Assembly: GCA_951406725.2 (NCBI GenBank) | Contig: OX597816.1 | Location: forward strand, 124,930,001-124,994,000 | DNA from: Octopus vulgaris | Taxonomy: Eukaryota | Direction: 5' to 3' | DNA length: 64,000 bases | In this document: positions 13,185 through 26,000 of the stretch, one piece after another | How positions within the stretch are numbered: the stretch's first letter is position 1 | Layout: each line of letters starts with the position of its first letter | Made by a program: the position numbers and the translations under genes | The notes under the pieces: model-generated | The model's input: only the letters and a program-made list of their open reading frames with translations | What the model was told of the DNA's origin: nothing | Database searches by the model: none

Positions 13185-13190
<6 letters not shown>
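12580..13190 (+). mobile_element. microsatellite-embedded repeat bounded by ~85-bp direct repeats (pLTR-like), with a decayed hammerhead-like motif
   Basis: ttaaactaat(a/g)cat(c/t)tgtttg(t/c)tgtttacacacccgtcttcgtcttttgttttgtttg...tcaactatatat at ~12589-12670 and ~13107-13190; ctgttgaagagcgtaggcttgaaacgta at 13055-13082. Confidence 0.6.
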
Positions 13191-13217
<27 letters not shown>

Positions 13218-14409
13218 ATGTATGTATGTATGTATGTATGTATGTATGTATGTGTGTGTGTACGTATGTATGTGTATGCATGCATATATATATATGTGTG
13301 TGTGTGTGAGTTTGCATACGTGTGCATATTTATACATAATGTTCCAATGTTGTTGCTTGCCTAACAGTTTCTTTGTACTTTTCACAAACCATCAGCAGTT
13401 CAGAATAATATCAAAAATAAACAAACCATTTATACAGGTGAAACTGATGAAGTACATAAAGTAATATCGTACATATAGGGAAAAATTGCTTTAAAACTAT
13501 TCTAAAGAGATACGAAAATCACTAATTCTGTTATCTCAAATGAGCTAAACAGTCGTTAGACTTTATTTGTCAAACGAAAGTCTCTAATACACTCTTATTT
13601 TGTTCAATATCAATCTTTTGTAGATTTATGAAAAATACCTCTTTAAATATGATTATAGTTTTGATGTTAACTTATTTTTTCACGTTTCATAAAATGTGAG
13701 AACAATTTTAAAAATTTGATGTAAGGCCACTTTGCATTCTATAATTTTATAGTGGTGAGGGAACTTTGTCTCCCTTGCCAGTCGTTAGAAAAGTGCTCTT
13801 ACGTGGCTAAGTATTGTTTTGACTTATATTTCTAGCCATGCTGGTGCTTACTAGCACCTACGTCACTTTTCCAACAGTACTCGAATGTATTATCCGTTTT
13901 ACAATTCATCTCAATTTCATAAATATAGATTAAGGGAAGAGATGTAATTGACTTCATACGTCTTCGTTCCTAACGAGGCCACATTGCCTAAATGATATTT
14001 CTCAGAGAATTCAGTTCTGCGGTCGGTAGTAATATTTACTTTTATGCCTTCTGTATTAAATTCTGAACTCTACGTTAATCACTCACTAGAGAAGCTCTGA
14101 ATGCCCTCTTAAAGTGAACAAGATGCATTATCGTAAATATAGAAGCCATTTTTTCTGCTTATCAGTTCTCAGGACTGAGAATTGCCTTGTTTATCAGTTC
14201 TGAGAGTATTATCGAAAACTATTTAAAAACTAAAAAGGCCAGTGCATTTAGTGCCTTTGATCGAAATTAGAAATTGCACTAAAATCAGAATTTGTTTTCT
14301 AGTAAAAGAAGGAACTTTTGAAAATCTACTCTGATTTTTATCTTTTATCTTTTATTGTTTTTTAGTCATTTGTTTAAAGCCTGGCACATTCTCTTTTTTT
14401 TTCTTTTTT

Positions 14410-14788
14410 TACTTGTTTCAGTCATTTGACAGCGGCCATGCTGGAGCACCGCCTTTAGTCGAGCAAATCGACCCCGGGATTTTATTCTTTGTAAGCCCAG
14501 TACTTATTCTATCGGTCTCTTTTGCCGAACCGCTAAGTGACGGGGACGTAACCACACCAGCATCGGTTGTCAAGCAATGCTAGGGGAACAAACACAGACA
14601 CACAAACACATACACACACATACATATATATACGACAGGCTTCTTTCAGTTTCCGTCTACCAAATCCACTCACAAGGCATTGGTCGGCCCGGGGCTATAG
14701 CAGAAGACACTTGCCCAAGATGCCACGCAGTGGGACTGAACCCGGAACCATGTGGTTGTTTAGCAAGCTACTTACCACACAGCCACTC
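14410..14788 (-). mobile_element. full-length tRNA-derived SINE family 1 (resembles octopus OR/OK-type SINEs)
   Basis: A box tggctgtgtgg, B box ggttcagtccc, internal (TG)n, tail tgactgaaacaagta + A-rich end; multiple copies in the window. Confidence 0.9.
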
Positions 14789-14851
14789 ATCTAACTGCTA
14801 AGTTACGTACATTTAAACAATCAACACCAGTTGTCAAGCAGAGGTGCAGGT

Positions 14852-14882
<31 letters not shown>

Positions 14883-14924
14883 GTTTGCGTATATGCATAT
14901 ATTTATATATTATTTTTATTATAA

Positions 14925-15495
14925 TATGACCGAACGCCACACATCCTTTTCCAAGTAAGCTTTATCTTAATAATTATGATGCGCACTCTTCTGTACTATT
15001 TCTTCTCTGTCTATCTCTCTTCCTCTCTTGTTCTTCACCCTTTCTGTTTTTCTCTCCCACCCTTCCCTATTCTTCTTCTCTCCCTTCACCGTTCCCTCTC
15101 TTTTACTCCTCCTCCTCTCCTCGGCTCTCTTGTCACTGTCACATGATCAGAGGGAAGCCATCTTTCCAACTGCTATCTTCCCAAAGACAAGACCACTTAT
15201 CCTGTCTCCCTCATAAGTTGTCTCCTCAATAATTTTTCCATCGTCTTGGCTTAATAGCCCGATCCCAAATTTTACTTAATTTGTTTTACGGGAATGACTG
15301 TTTCAACGAAGTCGCGTCTTGTCCTTACCTTCGGAACGTGGTGTAGACAAAACAGGGACAACTGAAGAAGGGGAATGTTCCTTGTGTTGTATGTCTTGTA
15401 CTCTGTTTTTTTCGTTGTATGAAATAAAGTTCATTTCCATGTTTTTGTTTTTGTTTTCGTTTCTCATTATGTTCAATGTTTTTTTTTTATATCCT
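14925..15495. repeat. unclassified interspersed repeat inserted in the microsatellite of an older SINE
   Basis: Pyrimidine-rich unique block flanked by TA/CA tracts, separating SINE middle (14790-14875) from SINE head (15625-15780). Confidence 0.45.
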
Positions 15496-15585
15496 GTACC
15501 TATATATGCATGTATATATATATATAGATATATGTATGTACATATATGTATGTATATATGCATATATTTATATATTATTTTTATC

Positions 15586-15619
<34 letters not shown>

Positions 15620-15624
15620 ATACA

Positions 15625-15780
15625 TACGACGGGCTTCTTTCAGTTTCCGCTTACCAAATCTTCTCACAAGGAGTTGGTGGACACGTGGCCATAGTAGAAA
15701 GCAGTTGCTCAAGATGCCACAGAGTGGAACTAAACCTGGAATCATGTGGTTGAGAAGCAAGCTTCTTATCCCACACCACG
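15625..15780 (-). mobile_element. SINE family 1 head (older copy)
   Basis: cgacgggcttctttcagtttccg...caagatgccacagagtggaactaaacctggaatcatgtggttg...cttatcccacac. Confidence 0.8.
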
Positions 15781-18700
15781 CCGGATCAAATGTTCTTAAG
15801 GACAAAACAAGATGGTTATAGGTGATATGTGTCTTTGATTGTTAGTCTGCACGATTCAGGCTGACCTGCCGCTAAAACACAAGAGGTACCATAAAAATAA
15901 TTGGAGAGAGAGTAACTGTTGACCTAGAAGTCACTGAGAAATATTTAAAACTGTAATCGTCTGATTACATAAAAATGTAAGAATAGTTTAAGTTATATTT
16001 TCAAAATTCTCGACTGCCTGACTTTAAATTCTATCCCAGGAAACTAAATCATACTGAGATAAAAAAAAAATCGGTGGTCTTGTTTGAAAGAAGCATAATT
16101 GCCAGGCTCATATATGAACTAAATGTCAGTTCTGATGAGTAACATACGGAAAGGGACTAAATAGATGTTGAATGTGGTTCCTCTGGCAGAAGTTGAAATG
16201 CATACATACAAATAAAGTAATTCAATGCTTAGCTTTGTGCAATAAGATTTGCAAGTTGATATTATGTGTATGGTGGGAGAGAGTCTGTGTGTGTGTGAGT
16301 GAGTGTATGATTCTATGGCTGTGTCTGTGTACGTGTACATTATATACGCACATATACATTCAGGTTAATATCTACATGTAAGTGTAGATGTGTGTATGTA
16401 GGTGTGCGTATATGTGTGCTAAGCATACGTAGATTATGTTTCAGTTTATTGCTTTTTTTTTTGCAGCCATAATTTTACCGATAAAGAAAGCCTAATTAAA
16501 GATTCTTATGAGAAATGTGTATAATTCTCAGAATAATTAATATTGTTAGAAGATAAAAGATAAGATTAATTAAATTGAATTAACTGAAATAAACTCCATG
16601 CAAAATAGATCAACATCGTAAATCATACTTAACTGAAAGTATATCAAAATTACCTCTTGAGGATATTGATTTTCTGTGCAACTTAGATTATATATCCTAA
16701 TACAATAAAATATTTGACAATAAGGAAAATTATCCTTAGAGATTTTATATTTAAACGTTATTCAATTTATCTAAATCTCCAAACTATATGCATGATAACA
16801 TTTCTTGCTCTATCTAATGCATTCCTCTCTGTGTGGAAAGGAAATAAATAACCTTGTAAGTTATGCTTATTCAAAATCCAACTAAATCAAAGGGATTTGT
16901 ATAAATGAGTGAAACCAAATTTCGTCTGGAGAATTGTTCACTTAGAACTGAGATTCTTTTAATAAATATGTCACACATGTGTTTAATTTTTTTAATATTC
17001 CATTTGATAATTATGAATTACACTTTCTTAAATATGTTTCATTTCGTATAGATGAAACATCTTTTGCTTTGAAGGCGAGTTAAATTACGAATTATAATCG
17101 TAACATCCACGTTTGTTTCATTAGATTGCTATATAAATACATCAAATTGCAATTAGCTACACTTCATCCTTAATAAAGGAATAAATAATTTTTGTGAGCT
17201 GCATTTATTTCGAAATAGTTGACATTTATATAACTCAGTATATTCTAAGACTGTTTTACATTACATTTTAAAGAGTTAAAAATGTTGTATAGCAGTAATA
17301 ATAATTCGATTTTACAAAATTGTAAGCATTTAGTTAAGCTGTAAGCCCACTTGGTTGAAGAGAGATTATTTTAATTTTCACTCTTTTTTATCGGTTACAA
17401 CCATTTACCACACGCATTACTTCTCTTTTCGAAGCTTTTCCATGAAGCCTATAGAAATCCCTTAATTTCTGCATATAATCTCTACATTTTATACTTCTAC
17501 TAGTCGAAATATTTGGAGAATGTTTATATATTTCTCTTCCCAAATGGAAGCAACACAGCAACGTATCCTGTTCATCTGTATCGCAATCTAGATAACATTT
17601 ATTACACAGTAGAAAGTAAATATCTATGTTTTTTATGTCTATTATTGATTGAGTATAACGAAAGTTTGGGATCTGTAGAGCAACGGCTACCTAAATAAAC
17701 AGATATTTCTTGATTCACGATTGAAAATCCTATAGACAGCAAATCGTTTCCAGAGACACATAACTATTTGTGTTTCGATTAAACTAATCTTTATCATCAG
17801 CAAACTATAATTGATCATTAATTCTACAAAATTGATTATTTGATAATGTTTATTTAATTATTAGCTATCTTCAATTACTTTTATCTTTTATCACTAATTT
17901 CTTCTTTTGTTATACAATTCGCTAAATTAAGTCAATACACTTATATTTGGTCATAGTATTATAAATTTATTCACACTTTCGAAAAGTTTCGATGTCAAAT
18001 ATTTACATCTAATACAAATTATGTTATTTAGGTAACCAATAAACTACAATATTTACATGGAGAGAAATACAATGTGAATGGGTCAAACAACTTACGCATT
18101 TCATCAGACTGTAAGGTTTATACAATATACAGAAAAATAGCTGTACATTTGAAGGATCAATATTGAGGCTGCAGTTCATATCCATATATAGCATGGGTAC
18201 AGTGTTTCCGGAGCCAAGGTTAGTTAAATGTAAAGGAATTTAATTATCTACGACAAATTCCATTTGGTTATAGCTAAGTAGCTCTTGCTGAGACGTTTCA
18301 TAACTGTAAACATTGCACCACTTTACAATTGATAAAATATTCGTTGCCTCTACTTGCATTAGAACCCATCTGTTGGTTGGATTTACAACCAAATAATAAT
18401 AGACTATGTGCATGTTAATTAAAGGGATTGGTTGCAAATGATCACTTATCACATTTACCTTTTAATCAAAGCAAAGCATGCGAATTAAAGGAGGAGAAAT
18501 GAGAGAATACAATGCATATTAAACGAATTTTAAATTATTAATTATCATTTCATTTAAAAGTATATTTTCCGTCTGAGATGTCACTTCAACCAAGCTTTCA
18601 AAGGCAGCATTTAACTCTATTATTTTATAAATAATATTCTCGACTTGCCATTAGGCATAGTTCAATTTGATCTCAAATGCATGCTATTAATAAACTTAGT

Positions 18701-19400
18701 TTTCTATATTAAGAGCATTCTTCAAAGAGTATAACTGTAATTCCATCAGCAAGATTTAAACGATTATCACTTTCTAAATTGCTGTGCATTTCTTTAGCAA
18801 AATGTTAACACTTAAAAGCTTTAGAGGAATTTATGCTTCCATTTTCAGTTTGTGCTCTGGTTCAAGCGCCATTTGCTTCTGGTAAATATTCTCAAAATAT
18901 GAACATGATAAATCAATTTTTAAATAAACTTTGTTTTCTATTGTAGTTATACGTAATGCCAACGTTTACATAATCAACATTGATCATCCAAATATTTAAA
19001 ATATTTCCTATCAAAGTGAGATAAAATTATTTTTCCTAATTCGAAACCTTTCAGATATTTACTAAAAATTAAATATTGTTTTCATTCCTCAAATGGGAAT
19101 ATGTGTGACGAATACCACAAGTATTTTATCGCTTCTTATAATTAAAATGTTAATACAAGTAATTACAAGACGAATATAATTCATTAATTTGAAAATGAAA
19201 GCACACAAACATTTAAGACCATATATGTGTATGTGTAACAGAGTGTGCGAGTTCGTAAAGAGAAAGAAGGAAATATCTGTAGAGGAAAGTAAATATAATT
19301 AGTTGCGTTACAGTTAGGAATGGTAAGATTCGCTCTCAATATTCTAACATGAATTGGTATGAGAGCTGGAAAGTAGCAACTGAGCTTTGAAACAAATTTA

Positions 19401-19528
19401 TAGGCGTGGCTGTGTGGTAAGAAGTTTGCTTCCCAACGATTTCCAAGTAAAAGTGTTTTCTGGTATAGCCATGGGTTGTCGAAGGCTTTGTGAATGTATT
19501 TGTGGACGGAACCTGAAAAGAAGCCCAT
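19401..19528 (+). mobile_element. SINE family 1 head, partial
   Basis: aggcgtggctgtgtggtaagaagtttgcttcccaac...gacggaacctgaaaagaagccc. Confidence 0.75.
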
Positions 19529-19551
19529 TTCTCTCTTTCCCTCCCTCTCTT

Positions 19552-19620
<69 letters not shown>

Positions 19621-19629
19621 TATAGAAAG

Positions 19630-19674
<45 letters not shown>

Positions 19675-20087
19675 TATATAGAGTGTATATATATCAAACT
19701 TATTAATATGTGATGTTTTATATATTTATTGAAGAAATATCTCTTCAAAATATAATATATGAAACCAGAGTATCTTGGATAAAACTATCCCTATAAGAGG
19801 TTCAAATATCCTGATAGTCAGTGTGTGTGTGTGTGTGTGTGTGAGTGAGTGTCTGCGTATGTGTGTGTGTGTGTGTATAAATGTAAGATCCAAGAATCAA
19901 GGTGTAGGAAGATAGTAAGCTTCGAGCAGCCCGTAGAAGGTATAAAAAACAAATTTCAGGAACACTAGTGGTTTATTGACGTAGAAGGTTGTACATTTTC
20001 CCCCTTTCGAAGTTTTGAGCTGAAAAAATTGTTTTATAATTTACGCTTAGCAGCAGAGATTGCTCTGTGCACGAATAGAAATTCAAA

Positions 20088-20412
20088 AATTAGGGAGTTA
20101 ATTAGATAAAATCCAGGTTACATAAGTTTCATAGCTAGCAGAACTTCGGAAGTAGTATTTATCCAAACGAGGAGTAATCCGCTAGGTACTCGTCGGGCAA
20201 AAGATATATTAATCAGAAGTTTACATTGTTATCAAGGGATCCCATGTTGACTTGCAGGAGATTCGATTGAAAATGCAAACTTCTTTTGATTGAGGTACCT
20301 TTGACCGGAAGAGTAGCCAGCGGATTACCCCTCGTTTGGATAATTACCACTTCCGAGGTTCTACTAACTATGAAACATATGTAGCTTGGATTTTATCAAC
20401 TCTTATCCCTAA

Positions 20413-20414
<2 letters not shown>
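20088..20414. repeat. ~325-bp foldback element (arms pair almost to the centre)
   Basis: ataaaatccaggttacataagtttcatagctagcagaacttcggaagtagtatttatccaaacgaggagtaatccgc vs reverse complement ataaaatccaagctacatatgtttcatagttagtagaacctcggaagtggtaattatccaaacgaggggtaatccgc. Confidence 0.92.
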
Positions 20415-20474
<60 letters not shown>

Positions 20475-20632
20475 TTGCAAGATTTGTGATGTGAAATCGT
20501 GTTGAAACAGTTATTGTTGTAATTAGGAATAGTCATGTTGCCAGTTTAGCCAATAAAAACACACGCACTATATATTTGGTGTTAATTTGCTTCAGCTTTA
20601 TAGATTTTTTACATTAATCTTAATCTTATTTC

Positions 20633-20677
20633 GGCCAGAGTTCTTTCGTCACACTTCTGTGACCTCATCAGTGGTCC
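20633..20677 (-). ncRNA. minimal type-I hammerhead ribozyme motif (PLE-type)
   Basis: Minus strand ggacca-CUGAUGA-g-GUCAC-agaagu-GUGAC-GAAA-G-aa-C-UC-uggcc: all core nucleotides, 5-bp helix II, helix I with one mismatch, very short helix III. Confidence 0.65.
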
Positions 20678-20779
20678 TTTGCTTTCTTTTTTCTTATGTG
20701 TGTGTCTGTCCTTACTAACTTGTATGTATGTATATATACATATACATATAATTATATATATATATATAGAAAACAAAAG

Positions 20780-21670
20780 CAGGGTGTGATGAGTAAATTG
20801 TCACCATTTAAAATTTTTAATATCACGCATGCGCATTGTTTCTTTTTTATTTTATCGTCGACTACACAGTATAGTAATAGTCTGTTTAGCACCATCTGTG
20901 ACAAAAACAGCAATATGATGCAATTCACTCTACCAGAAAATTGGAAACAACATGCTGTACTGCTTGACATTCGCACCGGAAGCTCTAATACCAACAGTTC
21001 AGAGTGTTTAGGTGTGAATCTGAGGACTGGGCTGTGCAATCTGAGGACATGTACCGAGAGTGATAAAAATTAAACATCCAGTGAACATGAAGGTGTTGGT
21101 AGTGATCACTAATGATGGTGACGCTATGCCTCTATTCACCTCGTATGGGCTCAAACTCAACACCGTGGCTACATCAAATGCCTGAAGGAAATAGAACTGC
21201 CTTGGCTCAAGAGAGTGTTTGCTAGAAGACACTATGCCTCGCAACAAGTCTCTGCACCATAACACACAAACTGGAGGACCCTGTCATGGCTGTCAGAAAA
21301 ATTCTGCGACCTTATCACCCCTAACATCTGACTACCTAACTCCCCAGATTGCAACCAACTTCATTGCCATATGTGGGACGCAGTTCAGCGAGAGACCAAC
21401 ATAGTTCTTTGTAACACCAAAGATGAAATGAGGGAAAGGATTATGGTAACATTCACCAACTTAAACAAGGATGTCGTCTAGGAGAGTTGCAGATTCCGAA
21501 GTTGTCTGGGGGCCGTGGATGAAGCCAATGCCGATTTTATTGAATAAATTTACTTTTTAGTATTTTAAGATATCTTAAAGTAAGTTTGGTAAATATATCT
21601 GTTAAAATGAGACTTCAGTGTTATTTTCATTTATGCGTAATTTAGACGACAGTTTATTCACCGCACCTTG
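20780..21670 (+). mobile_element. internally deleted Tc1/mariner element (maT/DD37D-like) with imperfect TIRs
   Basis: TIRs cagggtgtgatgagtaaattgtc / rc caaggtgcggtgaataaactgtc, TA at the right flank; remnants KHPVNMKVLVVITNDG (cf. KHPxSVMVW) and PNSPDCN. Confidence 0.75.
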
Positions 21671-21705
21671 TATGTGTGTGTGTGTCTTCGTGCGTATGTA
21701 TGTGT

Positions 21706-21736
<31 letters not shown>

Positions 21737-21979
21737 TTTGTCTATGTGTCTGTCTGTATGTATGTATTCATGTATGTATGTATTTAAATGTATAAATGGA
21801 GAGAAAGAGAGAGAGTGAGAGAGAGAGTAGCGACGCAATTTAAGTAGCATTAAATAAAAGTCACCATCTGCTTATCTTACTATCAGAAATCACCTCGCTT
21901 GATTACACGATGCTGTGGATTTCTCTGAGATAAATTCTTTTTATGGAATTGTTTGTTTAAAATACAACTTAACTCTGGA

Positions 21980-23010
21980 AAAGACGTGTCCCATCGCTTT
22001 AGTAGATCACGAAATTAGTAGACGCACTTCGGTTTTCTTGAGACTTTGGAATGCCCTGTGTCCGAGTGTCACCTGCCTAAACTGGATATATTGCTACCTA
22101 ACTTTCACTGCTTGTTCCATTTCTCCTCCTTTTGCAATTCCACGAATATTCCATTACATTTTCCCTAGGAGGTAAACTTCCTAGCACTAACAAATTTATA
22201 CCTTCTTTCGGAAACAAGACTTGTGTTTAAGCGTAAATGTTCAGTGGAGATTATTAAAACAGTTTTATTTGAATTCGTCTTGCTCCTCGCGGAGTACTGA
22301 GAATTCTTCACACAATATTGTCGCAAGCTCTGCAATGAGCTACATATTCTACAATGACCTATAATGACCTACATATTCTAGGTCTTACTCTACAGACCCA
22401 TATATTCTAGATCTTCCTCCATTGTTCTCACCCAGCTCTACCATGGACTGACACATCTTACACCAATTCATGAATTCGTGAAAGACTATCACTGTACATT
22501 TGTATGCGTAGCAGGGAACCCAGCATCTTTTGCAGTTTGCTGGTATCACGTAGGTTATTCAATACTACCTTACCTATTACTTCTTCATTCGTAATATGGC
22601 TTTTCTGATTCTTAGTAATGCAATATCCATGGAGATCATCCCCTTCTTCCTAGTAAATTGTAAAATATCTATCAAAGAAGAAAATTGGGATTTTCTTTTT
22701 TAGTGTTGTATCTCTGCAGAGCTTATTCATTTCGGAAATATGATTCATAAATTGTATAAAATATATTAGGAGAGATTTCTGGAACATAGAATGCATAAGA
22801 AATATGACACATAAATATATAACGGGATCACTTTTGTCCATTGGTATTATCTTCACACTTAACATACGCAAATGCAGCTCTGAAATCAATATTTTGTTAT
22901 ACTTAAGTTTTATGCATCTACTCTGATACATAAAGACTATTTCAGTAGATGTCCCTCCGAGAATGTACTTCCTAAAGTCAATGAACAAACGGGCATATGC
23001 GCATCTAGTC
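21980..23010 (-). mobile_element. highly degraded LINE RT remnant (RTE-like)
   Basis: LFIDFRK, GDDL and LGSNIS...AFQSL-like fragments in the expected order; heavily decayed. Confidence 0.35.
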
Positions 23011-23878
23011 AATTTATTTATTGAGCTTTATTATGCACCGAGGTTAAGGGATATTTTACAGCATCAAATTTTCATAAACATTTGCTTCCTTTTCCCACTG
23101 TAAACTTCAGTTTTGTGACTTTTATAACTTTCACAAGAATTTTCTGAAACTTTTATGAATTTATTTTACTCTGTTATTTATAGTGGAAATATATTTCCAA
23201 TAGTTTGTGTAAGTAAAGGTCGAATTCAGTCGTATACTGGAGTCTATTTTTTATAGAATTTCTGAATGGTTTACGAAAAAATCATTCTAAATATTTAATT
23301 TCGGTCACTATTCAACTCTTTTCTAATTAAATTACTTATATTGAACTATATATCATAATCGTGCAAGAAACACATCAATATTATATTTCGCAAACTTCAA
23401 CAACAAACTAAATTATTACTTTAAAAGTAAATGATATTGGTGAAAACCATAACCAATCGATTTCATGACATTTACGGTAACATCTCTTGGTCATTGAAAG
23501 TTATATGCCGCAAGAAACATACAGCAATCTGTTCAATAGAATTTTCTCCCTCTATGGCGTAAGAATTCATTCTATTCTGTGAAGTTTTTTCCAAATGAAG
23601 TTCGTCGACAGAACACAATTAATATCCTAGGTTATAACAATTACATACTCGTTAAATATCATTGATTAACTCTCACGTCTTTTGATATCTTAAGGAAACA
23701 TTGTACGAAATTCTGATTATTATTTTTCGACAACTTTATATATTGCTCTTAATTTTCTTTCAACGATCAGGATTAATGTCTCCAGATTTGCTATGGTTAT
23801 TGTTGTTCTCTCGTAAGACACGAAATATCACTTCTTGCAATTCTTCTCCTTTTGCTTGTTATTATTTCTATATTCTTA

Positions 23879-24048
23879 AGGCGGTGGGCTGGCAGAATCG
23901 GCATTTTATCCGTCTTCATGTTCTGAGTTCAAATACCTCCTGGATCGACTTTACCTTTCATCCTTCCGAAGTCGATAAATTAAATACTAGTAAAACACTT
24001 AGGTGGATGTAATCAACTAGCCCCCTTACCCAAATTTCAAGTCTTGGT
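23879..24048 (+). mobile_element. tRNA-derived SINE family 2, partial
   Basis: ggcggtgggctggcagaatcg...gttctgagttcaaat (B box)...gactttacctttcatcc...gtcgataaa; shared with copies at 27993, 39620 and 57455. Confidence 0.8.
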
Positions 24049-24199
24049 TTCATTTTGTTGTTTACATAAACATGTGGGCTACTGCTGTTCTTTAATATTT
24101 TGGCCTGGTACTTTCTTTTAGGTAGTCGTTGACCTTGGGCTGCTATGATAAATCCTTCCGTTTCTGATGTTAAGCCCGAAGATACTAACTACTGATGTG

Positions 24200-26000
24200 T
24201 AAGGGCAATGTCAACATCAGCAACATTGGGTATCTGGCATTGAGAGGTTTTTCTTACCATTTGTCAGTATGACTATCTAAGGCAGGGTTTTCATACGCTT
24301 AGATTTTCCTGTGCTTGTTTCCAGTACGCCTAATTGTAGAATTTATTGTATTCGGAATTCACTTAGATATTCCTTTGCCTGTTTTCTTACTGAGTATGAT
24401 GCTTTCTTGTTTTCATGCAGTGAGTGTAGTATCTGATGGAGCCTGTACTTTCTGGGCAGCAGTGGCGTCACTGAAATACACTATTTGGGCGTTTTCCAGA
24501 TGAATAGCAAGCTAAGCAATGACAGGATACCTTTCGTGTATTGGAAAACCGAAAATACGCCAAAACGCTTCATTGCAGCTTATGTACGGTGCAGCCTAGT
24601 ATTTCATTACTTCATCGTGATGACTGATGCCTTGGAGGCCAAACATTGTGGCATCGGACCCTTTGTTAACGTATTTACAGTAATATTTGATTGATTTGAT
24701 GGAATTGAAAAATTCAACATTGATATGCGCTTTAAATATCTTTGAAAGAAGCGGACAGTAAGGTACTATCCATCTATTGTCAACTTCGAATTTCCCTATG
24801 GTTAAGGTTAAGCCTCCGTCGCATGGCTTCCACCGCCTATACAGTGAGTACCTGTCTTGAGCATTTTGAGCCTGGGAATTTTGGAGGGGTAATTCTAAGA
24901 GGATACACTATTTATCAAGAAATATTTCCTTGCATAGACAGGCCCACAAGGGCCATGGACCATATTAGACTTCACTATGTCATGGAGTTCACTATCAACA
25001 CCCAGATGAGGTATTTCAGCGGAAATTAGCCTGTCAATATCATTTTCATTTGTTTTCTAACTAACCACAGAAGTGTGTGTACGTGAGGCATGCCCCTCTT
25101 TTGCCACACAACAGTGAACATGAAGCCTTTAACATGGCTAAACATTTACCCATTGGTGAGGAGGTCCTTGAATTTAAGTAGTTTAAGCCTAAAAACTCTC
25201 GCATTGACATCAGGCCTATCATGGGCTTGTTGACCGGGCAGAAGACTCACTTGTATTTCATTCCACCTGGCATTACTAGTGAAGGTAATGAAAAGGTCGG
25301 GCCCACCGTGGTGCCGAATGTAAGTCATGGCGCCTTGCGTACGTTCGTGCATATATCGAGGACTACCAGTAAAGGAAGACGGAAGTATGCACAATTGGCC
25401 TATCTTTCCAGGGGCAACATCGTTATTGATGCTATCTCTAAGATGGATGTGCTTTTCAGCCCGTAGCTTAGCCTGATTGAACCGTATGTATTGTAAGAGC
25501 TGATCTTTACTCAATCTTAACAGCATTGTCTACGGCATGTTGTTGAAAAAAGGTCACGAGAAAGGTGTAGGTGATTCAAACTGCTGTCTCTAACCATGTG
25601 CCGATAGGTATAGTAAGCCATACACGTAATTGATTTACTGCCAACAGAACCTGTTTCTGATAGATTTTGTTGGGGAATGTTTAAGTGAAAACCGTCTTCT
25701 CCTTGACTATGAAGTAGGGGATACTGAAGTATGTCGTAGGACCTATGGGTTTCGCAAATTCGTTGGAGCGCATCGTCTCGGATGCGCAAGACTATGTCCC
25801 TATTTTGGTGTTGTTCACTTCGAATAAGCACCGCAACCTCATTATATGAGGGCTCGTTATAGCGGCGACCGTATTGCCCTGAAGGCCTATGGTCCGCATT
25901 GATAACTGACACGAACGCTGTTCTTCATTCTCCGAAGAGTGTGAATGGGCCTTTGAAGCAGCGTCGCGCGTGCGGTGGGCAGTCTGCTGTTCTTCATTGA
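24200..26000 (-). mobile_element. Helitron Rep(-helicase) pseudogene
   Basis: RRYNEPSYNEVAVLI, HRSYDILQYPLL..GEDGF, NQAKLRAE, ILPSSFTGSPRYM, GGPDLFITFT, HDRPDV.ARVF, QKRGMPHVH (HUH, ~25080-25102), MVHGPCG (~24942-24962); frameshifted. Confidence 0.9.

Noticed and set aside
15289-15340. Hammerhead-like motif on the minus strand (CCGAAGG...GAAACAGUC)
   Set aside because: Several core substitutions; not supportable from this copy
20090-20412. TTAGGG/CCCTAA at the foldback ends as telomeric signal, and GAAACATATGTA as a hammerhead half
   Set aside because: Single hexamers only, and no matching CUGANGA upstream
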